A stretch of DNA of 64,000 nt. It comes from Phallusia mammillata. Lineage: Eukaryota. How positions within the stretch are numbered: the stretch's first letter is position 1; each line of letters begins with the position of its first letter. A program made the translations under genes and the position numbers. The notes beneath the pieces are model-generated. The model made no database searches, was not told where the DNA came from, and saw nothing but the letters and a program-made list of their open reading frames with translations. The stretch lies in NCBI GenBank assembly GCA_965637545.1, contig OZ281500.1, forward strand, positions 7,254,001-7,318,000. The letters are read 5' to 3'. Below, in pieces: positions 10,442 through 22,800 of the stretch.

Positions 10442-13400
10442 ATGAACATCCTTTTTGTAGTTTGTTCGGTTACATTGGTAACTTCGGTCTTTTCACTACC
10501 TACACCTCCATCTACAGCAAAAGGTTTGTGAGATAAGCATATCATATGTTTGATTTTATAAATAAGCTAAAAAAATGAGTAACTCGCTAACTTTATTTCT
10601 TCGGAGTGTCCCATAAATAAAAACGAGCTATGCACTTGCACAAGAATTATGTTTGTTAAAACTATCATAACATAACGGGTGCATCTAAAATATACAGGAT
10701 CGCTTGGATCACTTGTATCGCTTGGTGCATTATTAACACAGCTTGGTGCACCTTTATAACACTTGGTGCACCTTTATAACACTTGGTGCACCTTTATATC
10801 GCTTGGTTCACATTTATATCGCTTGGTGAATGTTTATATCGCTTGGTACACATTTATATCACTGGGTTCACCCTTATATCGCTTGGTGCACCTTCATGCC
10901 ACTTGGCGTACCTTTTTATCGCTAGGTAAAGGTGCGCATAGCATTATACAGGTGCACCAAGCAAAACAAAGTTGCACAGAGCGATATAAAGTTGCACCGG
11001 CCAAAATAAAGGTGCACCAAGTGGAATATATGTGTATCAAGCGACATAAAGGTGCACCATGTGATATAAGGGTGAACCAAGCGATATAAATGTGCACCAT
11101 GCTATATTAAGATGCACCAAGTAATATCGAGGTGCACCAAAGGATATAAAGGTGCACCAAGCGATCCAAGCAATCCTGTATATTTTAGATGCACCATAAC
11201 ATAACTATAAATTTACTCTACATTTTAAGGTTTTGTTTTCAAATCTGGAAATTTGCTAGCAATGTTCATATTAATCCAAACTGTTAAGAAATAGTCAGAT
11301 ATTGTACTTTAAAACCAAACAGTTTCAAACTACATACAATACTCTTCAAACTACATAAACCTGAACATTGCCACTGTGTTTTTTAAACTTTTTGTATCTG
11401 TTATATTCAGTGTAACTTGTATAAAAGTACTTTGTATGATCTATGAAATAAGAAAAAAATTACCATATTTTCTTGTTGAACACTTATCTGTATAATGGCA
11501 ACTGTTTTTAGTGGCTTTTAATGCACCCGATAAGGAGAGTGACAAGCATATAAATGACCATCCAACTAGTCAGAAAAATGGCGAAGACAAAGCAAATATA
11601 ACAACTGAAGACAAAACAGCTACCTCACAAACAGATAAAGATAATAATAAAGTAACTTCAAATGATGCTCAAGGTTAGTAAACTAAACCCTTCATCAAAA
11701 AAATGTCATAAACAGTTGAAAAAATTGTTTTTATTTCCTTAGCAGATTCAAGGGCGTTGCCTCTAAGACCTAACGATAATTGTATCAATAAAAAATAATA
11801 AGTCATACTGCTCTTTAGCTGAACACATACTGTTTTACTCGTTTTGGTTCTCGTCCCAAATAAGACAACTTTTTTAAACCTGTTAAATCTGTTTTTTAAA
11901 CGAGCTGCAGCTTAGACATATTTGAGACTACAACTTTGACTGTCAGCTATTCTCCACATGAACAGAAAAAAACTGTGAAAAAAGTTTAAATTGATGAAAC
12001 ATAGCTTATACACATAATAAATTTAACAGCTGATATTTCTTGGTCCACAGAAAACAGTACAAATGCAAAAGTTGTTACTAAATTAAGCACAACTGATCCC
12101 ACAGACACAGGTAAACCATGCTCATTACACCTTACAAGATAGATTTTTTCCCTTAAAGGTTCTTGATACAATTTGGACAGTTGTAGCACATGTCAGAAAT
12201 ACCCTATAGTTAACTCATTGCCCACTAGGTTAGCCATTATTTGTTAAACTTTTCAGTTGATAATAAAATCCCCAATGAAAAAAATTACCAGGAGTATTTT
12301 CTAGATAAATAAAACTTTTTTTTGGACTTACTGCACTATAGAGTTAAACAAGGCCATGTGTACATTATAAAAGCCATCTGCCTAGTTATAAACACATTTT
12401 ATTACAGATGTGAGTGATTCTACAAATAAAAATGATAACAAAACCACAGCAAAAACAGATAAATCAGCAAATGCCAATCCAGGTGATTACATTTTTGCAT
12501 CTACCGTTTTAGCTGTAATTCAACTTTTAAAATATTGTTGTTGTTTTCAAAAACAAACTTGCAATTTGTTGGAACCATTTGATTTTACTTTATGCAGAAA
12601 CTTCTATTGGCACTATAGAAGGCAAGGTTGAAGAAAATGCAGAAGACAAATCAGAAAATAAAACCGAAACAGAAGACCCTGATAAACAAGCACCTGATAA
12701 AAGTGATGAAAATACCCAAGGAACTACTGATGTAACAGAAAATACCTTTGAATATACAAATGACCCAAAACCAAAAAGCACTAAAGCTGAAGAAGAAACA
12801 ACCACAAACAAAACTGTTGCTTCAGACAATACAGGGCACACAAAAAAACAAAACAAAAATGACAACACCAACAAGGAACAAACTCCAGGTTACATACATC
12901 CACTTTTCAAAAGTCTTTTTTTTGGGGTGTGAACCAAATGTTTCGCGTTATCATTTACAGTCCTTTTAGGTTTGAAAAACAAAGCAATTTACCAAAACAT
13001 CCATTTGGTTTTCTTGCGTTTCTAGTAAATGTGCATGTAATATGTTTCACATGTAATTGAGTTAGTTTAAAAAATAGTGTCATACTGTAAATAATATGCA
13101 TCTTTCCAGTTTTGACTTAGGAATTTAGTGTTTCAGTTTTAAAATATAGTTTGTTTTTTCTTTATAGCAGTTCGAATTCTCAAAGTGACTACAGAAAACA
13201 AGGATGAAGGAAATATAGGAGAAATCATCAATTCTGAACATTCTGATGATAGTGAAAACACCATAGGTGACAGCTTTAATGTGGGGAAAAATAACCAACA
13301 TTCAGGAGATTTTATTTTTAACAATTTTCTTTTGTTACGTTCATTGATGATCTTTGCCATGCTGCAATTTGGCATCGGGACATGCAACTGTTTTTTTTTT

Positions 13401-14495
13401 GTTTTTTTTTATCTTTTACAATGCTAAATTTTATACATGATAAATAAATATATGCTTTCAATCCTAAATATTGAACAAGGATGGTGTTTAAAGATTGTCT
13501 TTATTTTTTGAATTGAGGTTAAGGTGTTGTTGATGTGTTTAATACTGTAATCTATACTTTAAAACAGACACCAACCCTGATGAGACCCCTGACAATGAAA
13601 AAGAAAATGCAGACAAAACTGTTAACATTAAAGGTACTGATGAGCAAACAATAGACAATGATGAAAATGCAAATTATCATGTCGCCTCCATCAAACAAAA
13701 TGGCATGTTTATTCCTTGTATAATAACTAAAAGGGTTTTCCAAATTTACAACATACTATCCAGCAAAAAGTTCATAAACATGCAACATTAAACATTGTTA
13801 TCTTAAAAACAAAAATAGAAATAACAAAAATTTGTATACTTTTTCCTTAGACAAGGATTTGAAAGAAACTGACAAAAAAATTAAGTTAAAGGTAAGTGTT
13901 TTGTATGTATACGTTGCCCTTCTGAAAATTGAATACTTATGCCAGTTTTGATGCAGGTGCCTGAAGAGGGACATTTCTTTTACTACTTTGTTTTCACAAT
14001 AGTCGCTGCATTTGCGCTGTATCTGCTTTATCACAACAAGAGAAAAGTAAGTACAATTTCAGTGATTCTACAAATCTATTTTTCAATTCTGACTTCACTT
14101 ATTTTATGTAAACTGAAACCAACTCTAACCAAACAAAGCTTTTATGTTACCCTTGCAATAAATTTGCCAAAAGTCAGTCACCAAAAATATGATGAATGAC
14201 TTTTTTTCACAATATTAAAAAACGTCGATGCCCACTACACAATTCTGGTTCTTGGGTTTTTGTTAACAAGGACAACACAATGTTAGTAAAAGAAGATTTG
14301 TAATGTTAATAAAATCATCTGTACTAGACTATTAAAAAGTGACCTAATGTATTTTGTGTGTAGGTTGGTGCATACCTGTTTAGTTCAGGAAACAGAAGGA
14401 AAACAGGCTCTAGAAAAACTTCAGGCAATGTCCAATATGAAAAACTTGTTCCATCAGAAGACACAAACTCTTCTCTAAAGAGTTATGTATTTTAG
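10442..14495 (+). CDS. TGN38/TGN46-KCT2 (C5orf15) family type I membrane glycoprotein
   Basis: Signal-peptide exon 10442-10523 (MNILFVVCSVTLVTSVFSLP). Several phase-1 exons rich in T/N/D/E/K: 11512-11673, 12051-12110, 12408-12482, 12598-12888, about 13168-13266, 13568-13633 or 13702, and 13851-13891. TM exon 13957-14046 (HFFYYFVFTIVAAFALYLLYHNKRK, the family signature). Last exon 14364-14495 has the YxxPhi motif YEKL and ends SLKSYVF*. Lumenal exon boundaries are less certain. Confidence 0.78.
10678..11195. mobile_element. Foldback-like palindromic element in intron 1 of the TGN38-like gene
   Basis: TIRs GGTGCATCTAAAATATACAGGAT / ATCCTGTATATTTTAGATGCACC. Each arm is an array of ~21-bp units (GCTTGGTGCACCTTTATATC), and the two arms are inverted. 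Flanking direct repeat ATAACATAAC at 10667-10676 and 11196-11205. Confidence 0.85.
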
Positions 14496-16677
14496 AGATG
14501 ACAAATGTGCTGTCCATTTACACAACACACTGTGCTGACTTTTCAACACACTTTTGAAAGTTTGATTCTGCAATATTCAGTTTTTGTGCAAGGTTTTGTT
14601 CGTATAATTTGTAGGAATGATTCTCACTAAGAATTCCTTATGGTCAGTGCTTTAACATAGGGACCAATGTACTTTAAATGACCTGGTGCCCCCTTAACAA
14701 TAAACTAAGAACAAAAGTGTAACAGATCCACATTCCTTGGTATGCCTGTAAAGCAGAGGTATGTGCCTTCATTTTTCTATTCAGCTTCATCACAAAAAAA
14801 TGGGTATAATAAAAGAAGGGCAAGATGAGCCTCATAAGTCTTTTTTAGTGATTTTTTGCACAAATATGTAAATGTTTTAAATACTTTTCATTTAATTCAG
14901 GAAAACAGCCCAGCTAAAGTTCCCTTACGTCTTATCTTCAAACATACACCCTTATTACACTTTACATTGTGTCACCCTTCAAATGCTACTACCAGAGTTG
15001 CAGAGTCAATGTGTGTAAAGTCAGACAACTAGTATTTTTAGAGTCTGGCTCCCTTAGGTTGTAATTTTGGGTAATAAGGGTGAAAAATCTCACTTAAATT
15101 AAATACTCAAAAATGTTTAATGACGTGGTAGTAGTATTCAATGCTGTGTTGCTGTACATAGAAATATAAGTGGCCGCTCTGTTTTTTACCCTTCAAATGT
15201 TGTGGAATCTCTTTCGCCCACAGTATTGACCGCAGCAATCTGACACTACTCTAGTCCCCACTGATTTGATTTGTTTAGATTTTTAATTGCTTCAACTTTT
15301 ATGTTAATGTATCCCAACTTATTGCAGAATAATTTAGCAGTGTAATGGTATGAAAAACTTGCAGTGGTTTTGTTGTCCACGAATGTGATGTAAATTAGTT
15401 GTTTTTATATTCGTGTTATGCAGATTTGTCCTATTTTATCATTTGTTCATTTACTCTATGTAATGCCACATTGTGTGAAGCAGTTTTCATATCTGTTCAT
15501 TGCTGTCATTGTTTATTTTTCCTGTAAGTTTTATTTGTATGGTTTTATGGAAAGAATCTTAAATGCTATGAAAACATTATGATATAAAGGTACGAAATCC
15601 CAATGCTAATGACTGCAAGAAAAATGCGAAGCTGTTTTTGTGAATTGATATTGTGCTTTTGTTGAAACCCAACTATATCCTGCTTCTCAAAGCCTAACCA
15701 ATAATAAACTGGCAATGTTTTATTTTTGCAATACTGCAGAATCTCTTCATAGCTGGAAAAAAGAAAACAGTTCAATCTCATGCCAATAGAGTGAAAAAAA
15801 CAATTTTGGTTTTAGTGAAGGTGACAGAAAATTACAATTGCACAATAGTGGAAAAATGAATAGCAATCTCAGTGGTAATAACAAGTGCAGTGATTGGGAA
15901 TGTATTTTCAACTAAAGGCTGTATACAAAGCGATACTACTTGGGTCCTATTGCACGACTAATATTGAATACTAGAGTGTGAGCTGGTATGAGAAGAGGTG
16001 TCAGTGGTATGACCATCTGTGGCATTCCTTGATTGGTCAGTTTCCAACAAGTAGTCATCAGTATAGCGAAGGGACCTTAGAAAAGAAATTTGGTCATTTT
16101 GGATTGCTGTAGTTAGTATTGGTGGCACATTATTTGATATCAGAAGGACTTGATTTGATATAAACAAGTTGCACAAGGACCAAAATAATTCCTTTGTTTA
16201 CAACTATATTTACCACTACGTTTTAAGGTGCGGTACTAACTACTGTATATGCAGCATGATATTTGGAATGTGAGAATTTAAGTCCAAATGTGGTGCTTCT
16301 TTAGTCTGCATTCATTTAATTACCAACCCTCACCCCAAGGTAATGAGTGGTGCCGTATTTAGTACCACCATTTTAATAATGCACTATAACAATCAAAATC
16401 CATTTCACTTGTTGTGCTATAGTGGTGTCATATAAAGATGCTAAATTGTGAACACTTTTCTTTCAACTCAACTCTAATTTTACAATGGTTACATTTTGAC
16501 TGTATATTGCTTGCCTAAAGAGCCACAACAATGGGCACCAAAAAAAGAAACAATTATACACTTTTAAAGGCATCAAAACTTTAAAAGATGTAAAAATCCA
16601 ACCCATACCAATTTTTTTCGAGGCGACCTCAAGAGACTAGATTGAAACAACATAATATACAGACAGGTTTTGGATTA

Positions 16678-17761
16678 TTAGGCATAAATGTTGTACTTGA
16701 CTGGTGCAGTTCTAGGTCGTGAAACTGGCTGAATTGGAGGAGTCCATGGATTCTGATACAAATGTGTGTGGCGGTCTTCTGCACTTTGCCTAAATTCCCC
16801 TCGCTACAATAGGGGTATATAATTTTAGTTTAAATATCATTTATAAACCTAACTTTGTAAAGAAAAAATGACAATATTTCAGCACTACATTTTAAAACTA
16901 ATTACGTTACCGTGATTTGCTTCCTTGTTTGCAAAACTGACAGATCTGAGTACATGGGAATGCCCCAACCTATTTCTCCCACCCTTCTGTGTTTTGGCAG
17001 CAGTGATGGTGCATTTCTCCAGTCTGGTCTAAACGAAAAGTTTTGATTACATGGGGGATATGTTACAATACAGAAATAGTTACTTACAAAAGTTTGCCAA
17101 TCAAATACATACATTTTACTAGGCATTAAACAAATTATTTGGAGGAAGGTCATTAGTTTGGCAAAAAAACATATTTATACCCTATATTTAAAACCTACAT
17201 AACTTAAGAGCAAAACTTAGAGAAAATGATAATATGTTAAGCTGAAAGCAACAATAATCGGACCTGTATAAATAAGCAAGCTCACTGGTACCCTCTGGTG
17301 ACATTGTACCAATTCCGACATATCGATTATCTTCCTCAACATCTACATTTTGATTTCGAATTCCATCAGGTCCTATCAAAATTACATTTTAAATATGTTT
17401 TATGTTAACACACAGCATTTTGTATGTACTGCAGCTGAATTGTGTTCAAAGTATTTTGGTAAAAATGAAACAATAACCAGATTAATTATAAAGGCTAATT
17501 TTTGGCATTGAAATATAAAATATGGTGAGAAAATTTGCATTCATGTGGCATTTTAAAGTCACATTTGTTATGAACTAAAGACCAAACGGATTAATCACTT
17601 TTTCTTTTGCTGTGTACACATTGCAAAATACAATTATAAAACATTACTGTACCAGTAAACAACATTCGTCGACCAGTTGCATTCACACCAGGCGGCCACA
17701 CGTATCTCTTTGTAACAGGATCAAAAGCCCCACTGTCAGTTCGTGAGAAAGCGTGCTTCAT
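16678..17761 (-). CDS. C4orf45/SPMIP2-like (DUF4562) ciliary or sperm microtubule inner protein, about 153 aa
   Basis: Exons 17761-17653, 17372-17264, 17028-16911 and 16803-16678 total 462 nt in frame. Translation contains TGRRMLFTGPDGIR, RYVGIG..EGTSELAYLYRP, RRVGEIGWGIP and THLYQNPW, matching the recalled C4orf45 motifs (MIFTGPD, EIGWRIP, HRYQNPW). Confidence 0.8.
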
Positions 17762-17989
17762 TGTTTATCAAATATGTTTGTGTTGTTTCTTGGTGTTTAA
17801 TTGAAACCAGACACCGTGAATCTTTTAATGAACTCTTTGTTCTGCCCTGCTGACTAAGATGGTTGTCCTTGGACGACCAATTCTTTAAACACGAATTCTT
17901 GACTAGTAAATCCAAAATTTACACCAAATCTACACAAAAAGGACAAAAGAATATTTATTTTCAATTGTGTGCACCTGCGAGCTGCAGTG

Positions 17990-18002
17990 GTAGCTTAGCA
18001 AC
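17990..18002. promoter_or_regulatory. Candidate RFX X-box
   Basis: GTAGCTTAGCAAC fits the X-box pattern with a strong RGCAAC half-site and lies about 230 bp upstream of the ATG of a ciliary gene. Confidence 0.5.
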
Positions 18003-19815
18003 AACCTCTTCCGCTAGGTGGTGTAAAGAACATTTTCATGAAATATTTTGAAGAGGGATAATAGTTACACTTTTTTCTCGATCTTTCGCGAACATTCTAG
18101 TTTTTATTTGACCATATTTAACTGTGTTTATGTACAAAGATCGTTTATTAAATAAAATGAAAACTATAAACTACAAAATAACTGCTTGTCGAAACAAAAA
18201 TACCCCACGCTGGCTGGGTCGGATAGGATTTTTAGTTTAAAATCAAGCAAACACTGGCATTCAAACATTTTTTTAGAACTTTCTACCATTACGACTTTTG
18301 CAAAGCACACAATTTTCGCAACTTCACTTTTTCATCTAACATTGACATGACAGAGTGCGGCAGCCTTCATAGTGATGAATAGGTAAAACAAATAAGGTCC
18401 CACTCATGCTATGAGTTGGTTTATTGCCTGACTAGACACGGTGACGCGGAAGTCACAGTTGCGAACAAATACCTAGTTCAGAGAAGCGCACGACAAGGAA
18501 ATAAAACGACACACAACTTGCATGATAACCCAGAAAATATCTTTCAAAACGGAACGAAAAACCAACAAGCGCTGATACGGCCTTCAATGTTGTGGTATAG
18601 GTGAAGGGTTAAACAACCAAAACATTTAGACCGGTGAAGGTTTAAGTGTTGGGCGTTGTGACATTTGCGATGAATAATGTGACAATGCAACGTGATAGGG
18701 TGAAGATGAAACACGTGACTTGGTGCAACACACACGTCACACATAAATGAAGTGAAGATTTAAAAAAGGCCACTAAACAACAACGGCTTTCGAAATTCGG
18801 ACAATGGTAAAAAAGTAGTACGACCGCGCATAAAACAGTAAGGAAAAAACGAAAACCAACAACAACAGAAAATCAGCCGGAAGCTGATCACGTGATCCAG
18901 CTATCGGAATGCCGCCACCTGGGAAGTATGCCGAGAACGGAAGGATTAAAATAGCCGTTGGTGACACGAAACAGCTTGTGAAAAACAAGTGAAGCCACGG
19001 TTTTTGACTTAACCAAAAAAAAAACACTGATGAAGTAATTGTACATGACAGCATCAGTTGCTGAAGTAAAAACTAGGCAAAAGGGCGGTTTGATAAGCGC
19101 TATTCAAAAACGTGCATTGAATTCCTATTTGTGGCTGAAACTTTTAATGTCCTACTGTTTTTTCGGGTATGAGAGAATGTCTAGGATCACCATGCTCGAG
19201 TACAGCTAATCGCTAGAACTTCTAAGTACGTAACGAAGGAGTTCACACGGGAAAACTGTCAGCAGGGACGATTCTCAACCGCAAAAAGTACGGTTTCAGT
19301 GTAGGGCATTCCCAAGCGGTTTACAACACAGCGAAAGGAAGTGAAATTCAGACTTGCCGTTAGTACAAAGCAATCGTGCTTAGTACAAGTTAAAGACTTC
19401 CGCAACGAACACCGCGCATGGAAAATGACGCGATGCCAAGAGGGTTGCTGTCGCAAAATAGTCATGCATGTTGCATGAGCGCATCGTCGCGTAATTCCGG
19501 CGTGGAAACTCATTAAAATGATCGCATGGTAAAATAACACAAAGTCTCGCTGATACAGGGACAGATTGCACACGACGAGAAAAAAATAACTTGAAGCACG
19601 GGAAAGTAATTGCGTGGGAACAATAAGAACTAAAACATTAAATAAAAGCTGCAGGATCGGAAAATTGATTTTCAGTTATGGCTAAACTGGGAATGTTGGG
19701 TCAACTGCATGGTCGCATATTGAGATAAAACGTTTGCTGACAAAACATAAACCAATGTTTTCATCAATCCAACGCCACTGTTTGTCTCCACCTTGTCTGT
19801 AGGACAACAATACGG

Positions 19816-22800
19816 TTATGCATCGTGCTTTGCTGGGTCGCGGACTGCTTGTAAGTAGCTGTACCTCGAAGACCCCTGGCGCTCCCGTCTGCCTCGAACA
19901 CGCGGTGGGGCGGACGAACGTGCAAGCGAATGTTGAGAATGAATCTGATCATTGCTCATCTCTGTTCGTCGCATCAACGTATCGTGAAGACTCTTAGAAG
20001 GTGCGGACCCCACAACCGGTCCATTCACTAATGAAGTCTCTATCTCAACATTCGCCCTCCTGAACGAGCCTGGCTGACGGCTGTGCGCGAAATCGTGTTC
20101 CCGGCGCCCTGACGTCATCGATTGGTGCCGTGTGACGTCAATTCTGTCCGCGGAAGCGCAGGGGGTCATGCCGGTGTGCTCGGCGACCGGTTTCTGTTTG
20201 ATTCGTCCTGTGGTTGAGTAACCGAAGTTTTCGTTGCCCAGGGATGACCAGTAGTCTACGTCGGTAGAGTTCGAATTGTTGGAGTTGTTGAGGGAGTCCA
20301 CGCTCTTGACAAGCTTCACCGCGCTTCGGCCGTCCGTGGTCTCACTTACCGACGGCACAAAGTCGAAAGTATGCGTGGGTGCGGATTCCCCTTGCGATGC
20401 TGGCGTTTCTTCATCTTCCACAGCAGCCATCGGCGGGAACTTGAAACACGGCGAGTCCATTGGATGAAGATTAGGCAGCGACGAAGTTGGACTTAATACG
20501 GTCCGGATCGGGGTGGCTCGGCTGTGCTTCCGCGGCATATAGTCGATTAGGTTTCCCGTCGATTCGCTCTGCTCGCCAGAAGTCATTGCCAAGCTGGTGG
20601 ATGTTGAAGCCGCTCCAGGTTCGCTCGGGGAAACCGAAATAAGACTGCCGGATTCCGGGATCGGATCTCCCGCCTTTTCGTCATCTTCTGCAATAGCTTC
20701 GGTCGCGCGCAAGAAGTCGTTCCGAATTTTTCTGGCGGAATGTAGTGTTTTCTCCAAAAGCGACGTGTAGACTTCGTATTTATGAATCTGCAAAGGATAA
20801 ACAAACCCGTGAATTTTTATTTGAAATACATAAAGCTATTCGAGACGCGCGGTTATAGCCTTAAATGATCCTATGTCACAACCAAGGACGGAATTCATAG
20901 CCTTGGATTTTCAACAATGCATTAAAATAAGACCACAAAGATTTGATTTCAATGGCCTAAATCAATCACAGACATATTGTTTGCACCTCAGTCCGCAAGA
21001 AGGCTTGTTTATCTTCCAGATACTGCTTCTGTGGTGGAGTTTGGTCTTTCTCTCCCAATTTGCTTGGGATCTCGTCAAGTTCGCGACGTAAAGTTGCCAG
21101 CCTTCCTTGTTGTTGCTGTAATTGCTTGGCCTGCGCAAAAACGAAACAGGGTTGACAGGACCGACCCAAGCAACAAGTTTCTATGTTTAGATCAAGCAAC
21201 AGGTGCTGATCACGCCATATGACAATGCGCAATGGTAACGCCTTTGTGTATGTGCACAAACGAAAATAAAAAGTTGTTTTATAGCAGACTTTTGGCGAAA
21301 GCGGTTCATAGAAATACATAAACCCATGCAATGTGTACACCATATATATAAACTTGTGGTATTTGAAGGTCTTATAAATAGGATCTGTTAGACTACCTAA
21401 CTAAAATAGCAAAATATGATCAATTAAAACATAGTAGATGATTGAATACTTGCATTGCTTGGAATATTTAATCAGAAAGTGTCATTATCTGAAAGACATA
21501 TATATTTCTCTGCTAATAGCACGACGTTCAGATTGCATAGAAGCAGAACAATGCCTTAAACGGGTTTGCCAAAATGTCAGTTTAACAAGGTACAATTATC
21601 AGTTGGACCACACGCCAGGCTTCTGAACCATCCCATGCACAATACGCGGACGTTATGTAATTATCACATACTGCACGCCACGCGTTGTATTTAAATCTGT
21701 CACTTTGAATTGGATTGGTGTACTGCGCAGCATGGCATTTAGCAATTTCGGCGACATTTGCCAAAAAACCCAAAACCAACTCGGTTAAACCGATGACGCA
21801 ATGTGGCAACTGCTATAATATGAAAATCCTGCATGTTTGTATATGTAGTATAAATTTTGCCCCGTGTCGTGTAAGGGTGGTATGTAACAGTTGCGTGATA
21901 GTTTACATTACAATACGCAACAAGGTGTCAATTGCCGTCTGTATGCCGAGGCACGGGTAGAGATAAAAGCGAAACCAACCGCCTACTCTGGCGTCTAGGC
22001 TTTAACATAGCGAGGTCTATAATGGACGATCCAATCAGACACAGACCCACGTAATTTCAACGGGTGCCTCTGGTACAGACAGTGGTGTTTGGTTTTGGGG
22101 CCATAAAGCACTTACAACTGCTTTGCTAATAACGTCGGCGGCATTCCTGCCCCTTTGTACATGGTTGTATATGAGCGTGCCATGTACACACGCACTAGCC
22201 CTAATCCCAGTAATTAGGACAGAGACTTTAAAATCCTGTAGTTCAACACAATGTGTACTGTAGTTCAACACAATGTGCATGTGTACAACATATAACCTGT
22301 TGCTGCCAGGCATAATACCAACTACATATACCTTTACTGGCAATGTATTTTCGTACCGACATTTTTTTAGCTATGTATAGGATGTGTACAATTTGCACGG
22401 CCTCTATTTGAACCAGCGTCATTTAAATCACCCTGCTGCAAACAAGTCAACGAAACTTTGAAAGGCCACGCAAAGTTTTAATTCACAGCTGTAGTACGCC
22501 AGAACGGTCGGTTGCTGATCGTCATACACAACGTAACAGTGATTCAGCACGCGTCACACACAGTAAAATCCGTCATATAACGTGGCCACTACTATTCAAA
22601 TAGATATGAATGTAGAACTACGCAACCTTACAATACGTCGCATCGAATTTTATATTTAAAATTTGGAAAATGTTCAGATGAGAAGTTTGCCAGTCATTTT
22701 GCCGAGCAGAGCGACAACATTATGATTTACGTCACAAGCTATTTGCATATTACGAAGCCATAAAGACCATAATATTGCGCATTAAATGCAAAATCGGTGC

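Noticed and set aside
10763-11100. ORFs on both strands within the palindromic repeat
   Set aside because: Artefacts of 21-bp (multiple-of-three) repeat units.
13703-13704. Possible GC donor (AATG|GCATGT) in the TGN38-like gene
   Set aside because: A canonical in-phase GT donor exists at 13634, so the GC site is not required. It cannot be decided without reads.
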